A stretch of DNA of 64,000 bases from Camelus ferus (lineage: Eukaryota). Location of the stretch: positions 35,652,001 to 35,716,000 of the forward strand of contig NC_045696.1 in assembly GCF_009834535.1 (NCBI RefSeq), in the 5' to 3' direction. The notes below the pieces were generated by a model, which was given only the letters and a program-made list of their open reading frames with translations, did no database searches and was not told the DNA's origin. Shown one piece after another: positions 41,455 to 54,830 of the stretch. The position numbers and the translations under genes were made by a program. The first letter of the stretch is position 1, and the number at the start of each line of letters is the position of its first letter.

Positions 41455-41740
41455 ATGTATCTCTTTGCTTACATTGGGTTCCCAGACACTGAATCTGAGA
41501 CAGTTTTATGCAGGAGATTTCTTCAGCTGCCCTTGGGACATAAAGAAGTGATGAGGTGGGCACTGGACTAAAAGAGAAGACTTGGTCCTACCTATTGGAA
41601 TAAGAGTCCTAGAGCTGGGCCGGCCCTCAGATTTGTCCCAAATTGATCTGTGAACTTGCAGCATCTGATTTTGTCCAGCAACCAGAGTATTGGTGCTGTA
41701 GTTCCAGAGGGGAAAATGGGGCCAAGCATCATAGCATGTT
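41455..41740 (-). mobile_element. ERVL-type LTR remnant (LTR16-like)
   Basis: gggttcccagacactgaatctgagacag...tgcaggagattt...gagctgggccggccctcagatttgtcccaaattga. Confidence 0.45.
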
Positions 41741-42694
41741 ACCACTCTTTTCATTACACTTAAATTTCCCAGCAAGCTCAGGAAAGTAGTACACTACCTT
41801 GGAGCATTTTTCCTCTTGCTTTCCATGATTGTTGTTTTGTTTTTTAAGCTTGTAAAGAAAGGGGACAGGAAGAGATAGAGAAAAAAAATCAGCAAGTCAT
41901 AAAAAAAATATGATATAGAATGGAAGACAGATGAGAGAATGCAGAACCAGTGAGGCTCTGTTGATTTGTGGGCGTGTATTTATAGCCACCCTGTCTTCTG
42001 GCTCTGGATTCATAGCCTGACTTTGTTGTAGTTTGAGGACAAGTAGGGAAATGTGTGTTGTTCTTTTTAAAGATGGATACATGGTATGTTTATAAAAGAA
42101 TCAAAGTCCTGTAGAGCAGACATTCTCAAAAGCAGGGATCAACATAAACAGACAAAAGGTTCATTATCCACAGTTACACAAAGGGGCACAAGCTTGTATG
42201 TCACCCTACCTCCCCATTAGCTTTCCTGGTGAAGCAAGGTAGATGAAGTGCCCAGAGAGGACCTCAGGCAAAAAAATATATACGTTGTCCCTAGAGAATT
42301 TACCAGCCCCTTGAATGGCAGGCAGCAGGGTGGTAGGTCATCAGGATTTAATTACCATCTCAGGTGCTAGGAATGCAGCTGAGCCTTGGTTAATTTTATG
42401 CAGCTGATATGTAAATAACATGTAAATTACTTCTTAAATGGTTACCTGCTGTCTTCTTGCACACCTTCATTGCTTGGGAACTCACTTCTTAAGAAATGAA
42501 TTAATCCATTTCAATGTAGTTGAATTCCCAATTTTTCATTCCTTTCTTTATGCTCAACATAAAGGAGCCCCATCTGTGTGATTTGGGCGTGTGTGCTTTG
42601 TCTTCTTGCCATTTTCAATTTGCCTAGCACTCCTTGCCAAGTGATGCTTAATCCTCTGTCAGCTTCCCCAGATAATCACATTTGGGGCTATCGA

Positions 42695-43030
42695 TTCATT
42701 TTTTTGTAAGTACATATTGAGCCCCTACTGAATGAGAGCTCTTGTTCAGGGTGTGATTGATAAGCAGAGTACGAAACCGACCAGAATCCCTGTGCAGATG
42801 GAATTCACCTTCTTGTGGGGCAAGATAGACAGTAAAGAAAGTAAACCAGAAAGAAAGGCAATAAGCTGGGTGGTGACAAACGCTCTGGAAGAAACTGAAA
42901 CAAGAGCAGAAAAAGTAAGAAGTGCAGGTATGAGTGCAGAAAAGTTTTACAATATGAAATAGGAGGGTCAGGGAGCTCTCTTAAGAAGGACATGTTTTAG
43001 TCAAGATCTGAAAGTGGTGACTATATGAAC
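42695..43030 (-). mobile_element. L2 3' fragment
   Basis: attcatt...catattgagcccctactg...ggaattcaccttcttgtgggg. Confidence 0.7.
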
Positions 43031-43239
43031 TAATTGCTTAAATCAAGAATAGTTAATTAATCATTTGCACATGTTTAGCTAAGTCTTCCCCTCCTCCAAT
43101 GAAATTCCATATGTTCTTACAATCTTTATTTTAATACATGGTTTCTGAGTTTTCACTGTTTTAAATTTAATAATTTTGATACCTAGAGATATATCCTTGC
43201 CATTTTTTCTACTTTGAAAAAACTTTATACTTTAAAGAA

Positions 43240-43741
43240 ATTGTTCCATTTGTCTATGACTGTGCAACAAACGACCTGCAAACTAAAAGGCTAAAGCAAC
43301 AACAATGTTATTTTATATCACAATGTCGTGAGTCATGAATTTGGGCAGAGCTCAGGAGGGTGATTCTTCTGCTCCAGAGTTGGTGTTGACTGAAGTATTC
43401 ACCTCCTATGAGTCCAGTCTAGTCTGGAGAGCTTCAGACGATTTCATTCTTGTCTGCCCTGGTGCAGACAACTACACAGAGCTGGGACTGGAGACTGAGT
43501 GCTTACAGATGGCCTCTCCAGTATCCCCAGTCTCAGGGTAGTCATACCCTTCCATGGCAGCTCTGGGGCCCAGAGAGGGTGTCTCAGGAGTTAAGAAGTG
43601 GAATATGTTAGTTTCTTAAGACCCGAGTGCAGAAGCTAATACAGAGTCACTTCAAGCATGCTCTGTGGGGTCAAAGCAGTCCCCAAGCTGGCCCAGATTT
43701 AGAGGAGTGGGACAGTGCCCCACAAAGATTGTGTGGCCGTC
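43240..43741 (-). mobile_element. Older MLT1 (MLT1H-like) MaLR LTR
   Basis: actgtgcaacaaacgacc...ggctaaagcaacaac...tgagtcatgaatttgggcagagctcag...ggtcaaagcagt. Confidence 0.7.
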
Positions 43742-44174
43742 TGTATTAGTTTCCTAGGGCTGCCATAACAAACTACCACAGACGAACTGGCTTGAACAAC
43801 AGAAATGTACTTTCTCACAGTTTAGAAGCCAGAAGTTGGACATCAGGTTATCAGCAATGTCACACTTGCTCCAAAGTCCAAAAGAAGAAATCCTTCTTAA
43901 CTTCTTCCAGCTTCAGATGGACCCTGGAAATGTAAATGTAACTCCAGTCTCTGCCTACATCTTTACTTGGCCTTCTTTTATGTGTCACTGTGTGTCCTTC
44001 TCTTTCTCTTATAAAGGTAGTCTCATTGGATTTAGAGACCACCCTAATCTAGTGTGACCTCATTTTGACCCTTGCCTTAATTACATCTGCAAAGACCCTA
44101 TTTCTAAATAAGGGCATGTGGTGAGGTTCCAGATGGACAGAAACTTTGAGAGAGACATTATTCAACTCACTACA
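43742..44174 (-). mobile_element. MLT1 (MLT1C-like) solo LTR, full length
   Basis: tgtattagtttcctagggctgccataacaaactaccaca ... taattacatctgcaaagaccctatttctaaataagg ... attcaactcactaca, with TG...CA ends. Confidence 0.88.
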
Positions 44175-44366
44175 TCATCTGTATTCTTCCTCAAGGATAA
44201 AGGTGGAATGGTTGAGATATAAGAGGTAAATGATGCAAAATTCAGAAAATTATGTCTAAAGCACTGGGATATATAATTGCACAAGTTTTCTAATTGAAAA
44301 TCTACTTACATACTATACAGGAAGCCATGATTCTCACCAGAAATCTCCTTTTTTTTTTTTTAATAG

Positions 44367-44472
44367 TGACATGAAAAAGGTTGGTGTCACTGTGGTTGGG
44401 CCACAGAAGAAGATCATCAGTAGTATTAAAGCTTTAGAAACCCAATCAAAGAATAGTCCAGTCCCAGTGTAA
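44367..44472 (+). CDS. EPHA3: EPHA3 terminal coding exon: end of SAM domain and PDZ-binding motif, DMKKVGVTVVGPQKKIISSIKALETQSKNSPVPV*
   Basis: Poly-T tract plus aatag acceptor; frame continues from the previous exon; TAA at 44470-44472. Confidence 0.97.
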
Positions 44473-47103
44473 AGTACTATTTCTGGAAGGAAGTGGTGGC
44501 TCTGGAAGATGTAGCATCACTCTGCAGACAGATGATGACGCTGGAAGTATTGGTGGAAGTTCCAAGCCCAATAAGACACTCAGATAAGAGTACAAATGCC
44601 TTAAAATGGAATTGAAAACCTCTTGATTTCCCCTGTCATTTAGTGGATGAGTGGGTGGGTGTATTTTGTTTTGTAATTGCTTTTTTATATTAGTTGTTGG
44701 ATTAAATCAAAATTCTTCAGCGTGAACTGATGAAGAACTAGCATAGAGCCATTGATCATAAACTGACTGTCATAAAAGCAAAACAAGTGAAATAAGGTAA
44801 TGAACATGGTGGCTCCGTTTACTAAGAGCCACAAAAGAAAAGACTTGTGATATTTTTATACACAGAAGAAATCTGTAACTGGTATTTTGTTTCCTTAAAA
44901 GCAAACAGAATAGAGGAATTCATACCTCAAACTATCTGGCCATATTTACTACATTTTCATTGTATTATTCTCTTTTATTTGTTAAAAAGCATATAGAAAT
45001 GAAGTTTGTAGTTGTTTTAAGTACTACACATTTTTAATTGTTAGCTTCCTTAAGTATTACCATGTAAAAAAGTGTTTTAATTTTGATGAAAAGTATGTAT
45101 TTATTTTCTTTCAAATTGTTTTTATTTTTTTCTATTTATGCCTTGATTTAATTTAGATTTGTGACAGCCAAGTGCCAAATGCTCTCTCAAATTGTCAGCA
45201 GTAGGAGATGTGATAAACTAAACGTAGAAAATGATGGGTTTCTTTCCAGATTTTTGGAACCATCCACTTATATATATCTATATCTATATATGAAAAGAAA
45301 GAAGCCAAACCCTTCCCTTGTTCATACACTAACCAAACCTCTCAAAGTCTGAATTATCGCATTCATTTTTGTCTCTCCATTTATTGTTAACTGTATGCTC
45401 CTAATTTAGTGTAATGTACTGGCTTGTGTGTAGTGGATTCTCAATGACATACCAGCCCTGCTCTCGTGCTTAGGAGACCATCAATTCCCTCCATTAGTAA
45501 AAGAGCCACATTAGAGCCCCTGAATAGAGAATAGCTACACTGGAAAGAATTGGGATCCTATTTAGATTGCTGCATTAATTGGCAACAGAGCCTATAAGCT
45601 GATGCTTGAGTCAAAAAATCACTTGCTGACTGGCTTTGAAATGCCATTTAATATCTTTGCTTAAACTTTTTGAGCTGTTTATAAGGAATGATGGTAACTA
45701 AACTACTCATCTGTATCACAGGGTTTTGTTAAATTAATTAGACATTGTCATCATCAATAACAAGTATTATTATCTTATCTCAAGCGTCTCACTGAAATGC
45801 ACCTATTGTAATTTTGGTGTATATCTTAGAAGCATTGAACTTCTTGACATTGATTGAACATATCATTTTCAAAATAGCTGGTTATCCAGCAAGACTCAAA
45901 GTCTGGAGAGATCTCTCATCGCAGGAACTTTGACTATTCCATAAAAGTCAAATATGAGCATACTTGCTAACATTTAAAATATGTAGATGGTGGAGATCTA
46001 GCCATAATATATTGTGAAGCAACATTTTAGCTCTATCTATATTCTTTCTAATGCTGATATGATCATGTTACTGGAATAAGAAATGCATATGTCACAAAAA
46101 TAGAATGGATAAAATGCTGCTGCAACCTTTATTTTCTTATGCAATATGCAACACTTATACAGCTTACAATCACAGATCAAAATTCACAAGTGCTAATTTG
46201 TTGTAAATTTAGGGTAATAAGGCTTAGGTTGTTTTCCTTCATACATGAAACTATTTCTTAAATTTCTTCAATGTCCCTTATAGTCAAATCATCCTACTAG
46301 AAATCCTTTATTGGGTATATAAGAGCATGAACTTTTTAAAAAGATACATGAGATTATGAAATTAATTACAAATTTCATTTAAGCCTGATATGAAGCAGCT
46401 AAAAATCATTTTGTAAATCAACATTTTGTGTTGTGGAATGTTGGATTGAGATCTGAATCTGGCTTCAATCTCATTTTTTTTTTTCCAGACTAGCATTTAC
46501 TTTCTTAGGTACTATTCTCTGCATATTCAACAAAATCTGTGCATTTCATGAACTATTGAAGTTGAGGATTGTTGAATCTATTTCATTTATTTTGGCTGTG
46601 GTTTCCATTGAAAAGTAGAGGTTGTATACGCAGTATATTGCTCTTCACTTTTTCACTATTTTTCTATCTGACCTCTTATAGACTTACTTTACACAATCCT
46701 TACCCTGTACATATGTAAACATAACAGTGTACGATTCCTAACTGTGGAGTAGAGGTACTAGAATGCTCATGGCCATCTCTTTGTACAGGAACTGCATTGA
46801 ATTGCAATCAACATGAAACCATACAATGTTATGTACCATATTATCTGTTTTGTATCTTAAATTTGATTTACATATATTATTTATTTCTGGAAACTTGCCC
46901 AGTTTTTGCTGTACTAAGTATCAAATAAGCCATGTATAAATGTGATATGATTGGCAATATGTATGTGCTTTAAATTTGTATTTTCAAAACAGTACTCATT
47001 TAGTTTATGTTGTACAATGTAGATGGCCTCTTACTAATGTAAAATGATTTGTAGTGGAAACATTTATATTTTTATAATAAACATAATGAAAATATTTTTT
47101 ACA
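44473..47103 (+). other. EPHA3: EPHA3 3' UTR (~2.6 kb, AU-rich)
   Basis: Follows the stop codon, is poor in repeats, and ends after AATAAA at 47076. The cleavage position is approximate. Confidence 0.75.
47076..47081 (+). terminator. Polyadenylation signal AATAAA of EPHA3
   Basis: Canonical hexamer preceded by four TGTA motifs (47011, 47018, 47038, 47050) and followed by T-rich sequence; an LTR starts ~260 bp later. Confidence 0.8.
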
Positions 47104-47524
47104 GATTGGAATACAGAAGTGGTCTTTGAACCTTTTTTAAAATTTATAAAAAATATGTGCTTTTTTAAATAGCAAAATAATGAAATTTATGTAAGTCAAG
47201 AAGAATGTGCTTCTGTTTCTTTTTTCTCCGTTAGTGAGGAAGGATTCATGTTATGTTAACCACATTTTTGTCTAAATCTCATTATCAATAAGCTAGAAAA
47301 ATAAACAGTAAATATCATCTTTATGGTTAAAGAACACAACTGTATTAGGTAGTTCTCTTGATTCTAAGCGACAAGAAACAGATGGCTTAAAGAAAATAAA
47401 ATTTTCAGCCCATGTGACAAGAAAGGCTGGAGATAATCTTCCTAGCTGAGAAAGCAGGCACACATGGTTCTTTTCCTTCTTAACTGACCCTATTTTTCTC
47501 TCAACTGGGTTAATTTGCAGACTA

Positions 47525-47745
47525 CAGTTGACCTTTGAAAAATATGGGTTTGAACTACATGGTTCTACTCATTCACAAATTTGTTTTGATCAACACATAC
47601 AATACTACATGATCTGCAGTTGGCTGAATCCACAGATGAGGAACCACAGATGTGGAGGACTGACTATGGGGCTTGAGCATCCTGGGGTTTTGGTATACAC
47701 GGGAGATTCCAGAACCAATTCCCCATGGATACCAAGGGATGACTG
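47525..47745 (-). mobile_element. MER8-like Tigger MITE within an older MLT1-like LTR (~47341-48090)
   Basis: TA|cagttgacctttgaa ... gaaccaattccccatggataccaagggatgactg|TA, with TA target duplications on both sides. Confidence 0.8.
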
Positions 47746-48419
47746 TATATCTTAAAATTTCCTGTAGTTAATATGACCCTACATTGTAATTCCTGTGAGA
47801 TAATTACCGTCCCTTGGTTGTTCTAGTAGAAATCGTGGGGTCTTGCTTGGCTCACAAGCTCGGTCTGATCACTTTGGACAAGAGGAAGAATAGCTTAGGT
47901 TGGCAGTTCTTAGTCCTGTGCTTGCCCTTGGAGATGGTAGGTGGGGTCAAGTGGAAGTGATGATCCATAAGAACTAGAGGTGTCAGAGTGGTTTCTATCC
48001 AAAAGAAAGTCAGAATATCATTTATGGGAAAAGAAGGAAGGAAGGAATTCTGAATGGGCCCAATGAAACAAAAATTAAAAACAACCAACCAACCAAATCT
48101 GCCAATAACACTATAAGATATACTTGATGCATTATATAAAGTAGATCCCAAGTCATCTGAAACCTACTTAAAGACGGCGGTTATAGAGGAAAACTAAAAA
48201 AGCTAACTCACAATATAAGGCAAGATAAGTGATCAAGATTTCCATAGAGATGAGGTCACAAAATAGATCAGTTTTGAGCTTGCCTTCAAGGAGAAATAGC
48301 ATGTTATCATGTTGAGTGGAGTAGAGATTAACTTTCAAGCAGGAGATAAAGGGAGAAGATAAAGAAGAATATATTTATTCATTCCATAAATATATGTTAA
48401 GCAATATCATGAGACAGGT

Positions 48420-48600
48420 GTTTTACTGTCACCATTTACAAGTTACTTCATTAAATCTTTGCAACAATCCTGTAAATAGATTAACCCACTTTTACTAGAT
48501 GAGAAAATCAAGACTCAGAATGTCAAGGTCACCTTCCCAAGGTCACCCTAGTAAATAGAAGAATAAATATTTCAAACTGGAATCATCTTATTCTGTGCTT
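48420..48600 (-). mobile_element. MIR SINE
   Basis: cccacttttactagatgagaaaatcaagactcaga...cccaaggtcac. Confidence 0.75.
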
Positions 48601-49679
48601 TTCCCATAATATAATTGCTACTGTAATCCCCAAAATGCTCTGGGGACAGTGACAAAGCCTATTTGTAAAAATGATTTGGGGAGGAGCTGAAAGTTAAGGA
48701 GACAAGATGATGTTAGAAATGTTTTGGTGTTGTAGGCATGAAGCCACACTTACTCTAGGATGGTGGTAATAGAATGTGGAGCATGGGATGCATACAAAGA
48801 CACATAAAAAAGGAGAATTATCAGAATTTACCAATTTGACCTGAAAGTTGTTCAAAAGGTAAGAATCATAGGGAACCCTAAAGTGTCCAGAGTGTTTGTG
48901 GAAATGATGGAAGTATTATTAGAAGTAGGGACTAAGGAGAAGTTAGTTTAACATTATGAGTTTGCTAAATTTATACTAGCCAAACCTTACTAAGTTCATA
49001 GGTATTGAAGATGTGATTCTGAAGCTTCAGAAAAACATTCAAAGGAGAAAGATGTCTCTGGTACTATGTAGAGATCGATATATCTTTATGTGTGATATAC
49101 ATAAATGTTTATGTTGAATCACTTTTTTAGATCAATGTTAGCTGCTGTAATAGTTAAATCTCCAAATGGCATCAGCTTAAAAGTAATTTTTAAAATGCTA
49201 TTTTAAATGCAGAATGACCCAAAGTACTTGTTTTCCAGGTGGCCTTGTTTGCAATGATTCAGATCCCACATTCTATCTTATGGAGTAAAAGGCTTTGGAA
49301 TCCTTTGTTTCCAACCAGTAAAGTGAGAGGGGATTGTCCGTGGTAGATTTTATGAGCCCTGCTTGTGAGTGGCACTTATCACTTCCTCTCTCTTTCCATT
49401 GACTAGAGCTCAATCATAGGGCTCTACAAACTGCAAGAGGACCTGGGGCACGTAGTGTGCTTACATAGAAAAGGAAAGAGCTTTTGAAACTCATATAGCA
49501 ATCGCTGCCTCAAGTCCTTGTTACTATGTATATAATGCGTAAGACACAAATACTTCTAAAAGGCAATTCAGGAAACATCAGTCTCTGGCTAAATCTACCT
49601 ATTTCTTATGCTTTATAGACAGACATTTTTAACTCTTTTCTCTCATTATTTGAATCCAATACTTCTGTTAATGGACCTA

Positions 49680-50103
49680 TGTCCACTATGGGAGGGCACT
49701 GTTCAGATCTCCTTTCCAGAGAGAATTTATTTGAAGGAGAGCAATTAGCTGACAAACTCAAGCTGCTGTATTTTCAAAATCCCCAGCATAGTTTCACCAG
49801 GCCGTGGAGCAAGATGGGAGAAGTAGATCCAGGCCATTTCTTCCCCAATGACAGACTCCTTCAATAAGCAGTCTTGGGTCTCCTGTTGCAGTCATCCTGG
49901 CTGCCCTGCACCCTGAGCCTCCTATCCAATCCCCCATCCTTTTCCCTTTCCTTTCACAGGTGTCGGAGGTGTATCTCAACCTGTAAACTGCCTATGCCTC
50001 CTTTTCTCTGTCACAATTGTTCACAGGCGTGTCCAACCAAAAACTACTGTGCAGGTCTAATTCTTTCTTGGTGTCAGCTTCTTGAACATCCTAAATTGAG
50101 ACA
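49680..50103 (+). mobile_element. ERVL LTR (LTR16-like)
   Basis: tttcacaggtgt... and 3' end tcttggtgtcagcttcttgaacatcctaaattgagaca. Confidence 0.55.
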
Positions 50104-50975
50104 ATGACTCTCAAGTTGATTGACCTGGAAATTACAGTGTCATCCTTTATTGTTTCCTCTCTCTTATTTCAGATCACTAAGTCATGATTCCACATTAGGA
50201 ATGCTAACTTCTAGTCTTTTCTTTATCTTCTATCACCATTTCTCTTGGTCCCTCATTACTTGGCTGGATTATCTGAAAGAGTCTCTTAAATAATTCATCT
50301 GAATCCAGCTCTTATATCTCTGATATCAGTCAGACTGGTTCAACATAAACATGTATGTATACCACACATAAAAATATTGAAGCAAATTTAGTTTTGTACT
50401 TTCTCCTTGGGAGGCTTGCAAATGCCAAAACCTCAAGGGCCTGGCCGGGTACGTAAATGAGGGAAGCAATTGGAATGTGGGTGGTGACCTATAAAAGCAC
50501 TCTTCATTCCTCCAGAAGCAACTTCTCGGCAACAAGGCTACAAGGATTCAATGTGAATTTGTGATCTTTCAAGAGAACTTTGAATCTGAGTCTTTTGAGA
50601 ATTTTTATATATTTTAAATATGGTGACCCATCTAATAACGAAGAAGACTCATCCAAGAACTGAACTTAGCCTGTGGCTGCCAACCCATTGTTTCTAGAAC
50701 ACAGAATACTCTTTAGTATTGGTACACGGGACCTGCCTTGAGTAAGCCCTGCTCCTCTGTGCAGTCTGCCCACTTCCTCCCCGCACCGCACACGGCCACA
50801 GTGGACTGCTCGTAGTTCTCAGAATATGCCACGCTTGTTTTTCTTTTTCATGCATCAGAGCCTTTGAACTTTCCATTCTTTTGTCCAGAATCATCTAACC
50901 AATCTCCAGTCATTCTTCAGGTCTCCCTATCTCCTCCAGATTTCCTGTCTCTTTATCTCTGGTTTAGGTGTCCTC

Positions 50976-51011
50976 TGTGTGTGTGTGTGTGTGCATGTGT
51001 GCGTGTGTGTG

Positions 51012-51042
<31 letters not shown>

Positions 51043-51044
51043 TG
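50976..51044. repeat. Interrupted (TG)n microsatellite
   Basis: About 70 bp of TG units with a few interruptions. Confidence 0.95.
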
Positions 51045-53779
51045 CAGAAAAAGAGCCCTGTGATTAAGCTGGCATAACATGTATCATCTAGTACTGAAAT
51101 TCCTCTTCTTTATGCCCCAACCTACTCCTGGCTGAGGGTTCCTTGATGCTTTATAAATCACGATATTTTATAAATCACAATGTCCCCTTGCCCATTGTAA
51201 TGCCTGGTATGTAATAAACATTTAAAATTTTTTGATTTAGATTAATGTATTAAAACAATTTTTGACAATGTAATAAAGACGACTATCTCTTTTTTTTTTG
51301 TCCTTATCAAAAATAAAAAGTCAATAAAAGTAGTTAATGTTCTAGTTGTGTATCTTGGATCATGGAACATACTGATTTCTGCTAGAACTAGTTCATTTTC
51401 ATAGAATTTTGTGGACTCTTTTCATAGGTCTCAATGCTCCCATTTTTCTTAGTGCAGTTAAGTCGTTTAAGTAGATCCTTGAACCAGAGCTTAGCTATAA
51501 AAATTTAACAAGGTAAATGCCAAAGCTTTTCTGATTCTTTCTCCTCTCTTAATCTGTACAAATAATGTCAATATGCCTACTCAAAACTACCCTTCTTATG
51601 GGGCATCTGGGATACACATTCTATTGACCCAGGGGAATCTAGACACAATTTGGGAAAATAAGTGGTAGAGTTAAATACACCATAAAATGAAGGTTTTAGA
51701 GTTTCAGAAGTCCTCACCCTGAAATTCTCTGGGAAAACCTGGTTACAAGTTGATAAGAATAGTCATAATTAAATTACATGTTCCCACTAAGTGAACTATC
51801 ACCTTTCTTCTGTGAAGGAAGATAATTTTCCACTTAAATTGGAACTAATAAAAGTGACAATTGTACTAATAACAACAAATAAGAATCTTTAAACTGCTTG
51901 ATAATGTCTCTTGCATATACATCCATATACATGTATTAGTATATTTATCTGTTCCAAATAATAACTGTAATCAGTTGAACATCATCATGTCCCAAGCACT
52001 TAATATATATAATTTTCATTTAACTTTTCCCAACAGTCTTATGAAATGAGTATGTTATTATCTACTTTATAGATTGAGGCTTAGCGTGGTTAATAATCAC
52101 ACACGTATATACAGCAGTCAAAATCAACTCCAGCATCCCTCCTCTGAGTGACTACACTCTATTACCTGTCAGTATAATATTACTAGTGAGGATGAAATCT
52201 GATGATCAATTATGAAATGCCCGCTGGATTTAAGATCTTGAGTAGTCTCCATTTTGCCACTTTTCAATATGCATGATGTTACTCAGTGACTCTCTAGCAG
52301 AGACACATTGCTGCGAAATCCTTTGATTCTTACTACCGTGGTGGAGGAAGGAACAGGCGGTTACCCTTGATTTCATTTCTGTGAACTCCATTTCAAGAGC
52401 ATGAGATTTGTCTGACACATGGTGAACTCTTCAAGCAAACATGCTCCCTTGAACATTCAACAAATAATCTAATTTGGAAACACCAAATACCACAAGGAAA
52501 AAGTAGTACTCTTGTGCTATTTTCTGACAGATTTCCACACCAATGATTTATGGAAGTGTGTTAAGTTTGGGATTCTTATCTGAAGCCAAGAGAAAAGCCC
52601 TTACATTTTTGAAGCCTATCACCCTCAATGATGGAAGCCAAAACCTTGGAATGTTTGCTAAAATCAAGGATGAGAGAACACAGAATGTCATGAACTATCA
52701 AGAACTTATTGACTTTCATATGGTTCTCATCTATTCTCATACATGGCAAATCAAAAGCCTTGGGAGGAAGCCAATACAAATTGTTACAGATAACGCTATC
52801 TGAATTTAACTGCCATAGGTATGCTTCATATAATAAATATATATTTCATATCAGCAACTCAGCAACAGAAAATGGAAAAAGACTGTAGTCAAAATTCATT
52901 TGGATACTCTCCTTCAGAGAATACTCAATTTGCCAATATTATTATTTATCTTGGGCTGGAGATCTCTTAATATTCAATTTGTTTCATGTTTCTGACTCTA
53001 GAGATCATATATATATTTTATATATGCATATACATACTCTATGGAATATTGAAATCAAGTTACAATGATATTTTAGGGTAATAAAATTAAATTTCAATAC
53101 ATGAATGTTTAGTATGCGCTTGCAGGATCAAATAAATTAAATTATTCATATTTTCACATTTTCAAAGACATTTTGCAAATAGGAATTTTTTCTTTATTCA
53201 ATTAGCTACATTTGATCATGGAAGGCTCTAGCATGATACATAATTTTTAGTGTAATTCTGACGGATTACTTATCAAACGCCTAATACAATGTCTGGCACA
53301 GAGTAGTTAAGTAGGCACACAGTATTGGTTGAATGAATTTTAAATGTATTGTTGGAGGAAAAATGAGTAATACTGCCTTTTTCAATTACTATATCATTAA
53401 TAACATACAATTTAGTTCAACCTAGATTAATGCGTCTCTCTCAAATATTTAGAGAGAGAGCGTGTTTTGTAAAGACAAATCTAATCTCACATATAACCTG
53501 GTTCATGGCCTAGCGCATAGAATAAACTCATTATTATTTATTGAATGATAAATGTTTTAAATGCAATATCACTACAAGTAACAAAAGAATGCTATTATAT
53601 CTTCTAGTTGTGAAGGAGAATCCAAATATAGTAAATGACTTACTAATATTTAAAGGATTAGTAAATGCCAAAGCCAAGAATAAGATTAAAATTTTTGAGA
53701 AATGCTTTTTTCTAAAACAGCATGTAAACAAAACAGATCAAGAAATATTAAAGCAAAGTGTTTTTATTTGTTTCTGTGT

Positions 53780-54120
53780 TTTTAAGGAATGGTTCAGTTA
53801 CTATGGTTACATAACTTCATTAACTGGCTTGAAACACTAAGTCTCTTAAAGTCACTTATCTCTCAAGTTTTCTGTGGGTCAGGAATTCAGACATGGCATA
53901 GAGCAGAGACAAGTTGTCTGGGCCTCAGATAGAAGACACAGTCCTGAGGATTGGAATCATCTGAAAGCTCATTCACTCATGTCTACTTACTAACACTAGC
54001 TGTCATTTTGGGACATAGCTGGGTTATTGGCTGGAACACTCACATATGGCCTGTCTTTGTGGCCTGGGCTTCCTCATAACACGGTGGCTAGTTCCAAGTA
54101 CTAGCATCCTAGGAGAGGGG
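53780..54120 (-). mobile_element. MLT1 MaLR LTR fragment
   Basis: tggcttgaaacactaa...tctgtgggtcaggaattcag...tggaatcatctgaaagctcattcactca...ggcctgggcttcctcataacacggtggc. Confidence 0.7.
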
Positions 54121-54599
54121 GAGGAAAAAGAAATCAACTGAGAATTGTAAAGAGCCTGAGATTTTGCCCTTTTTACAAGCGTCTCACGCTTTCATGGATA
54201 CTAGTAGAAGATGTGACGTTTCAGGATTAGAAACAACAGACTGTTTGGCACTTTTGGCAATAACAGTAGCCTCAAGGTCAACATTTTCAGTGCTGGTTTC
54301 CCATGCCCCGATTTCTACAGAGTAAAACAAAGAGAGTCAGGTCATACCTGCATATGCAGTGGGTTCTGTTGATGGAAAAGACACCTGAGTTTAAGGAACC
54401 TTAATCTATATGGGCTGCAAGCAAACCTGCTTAGTGGGAAATATTTTTATCATGCTGAAGAGTAGACATCAACTCCCTTGTCTTCTGCACTCGTTTGGTT
54501 AAGAGTAACTATATAGAAAAATTGGGATGTAAATATCTTCAAGGATATAAAATAAATGATGCTTTTAAAATAAATATTGCAATTTTTATAAAATGCATA

Positions 54600-54830
54600 T
54601 GTAATATGGTGGAATAGATAGGATTTTTACTAAATCTATAGATAATTTGTGTCTAATTGAAATCTTTACTAACTTGAGTTTTCCAATCTATGAGCATGGT
54701 GTGTTTCTCTATTAATGTAGGTTTTTTCTGATGTCTTTCATCAACATTTTGTCATTTTCATCATAGAGATCCTGTATAGGTTTTGTTTAATTTATATATA
54801 AGTATTTAATTTTCATTTAGAATTGCCTTT
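54600..54830 (-). mobile_element. Old L1 ORF2 fragment
   Basis: aaatctatagataatttg...ttgagttttccaatctatgagcatggtgtgtttctc, antisense L1 ORF2 text. Confidence 0.7.

Noticed and set aside
47525..47745. MITE with dissimilar left and right ends, possibly a novel chimera
   Set aside because: It matches the recalled structure of the known MER8-type Tigger MITE.
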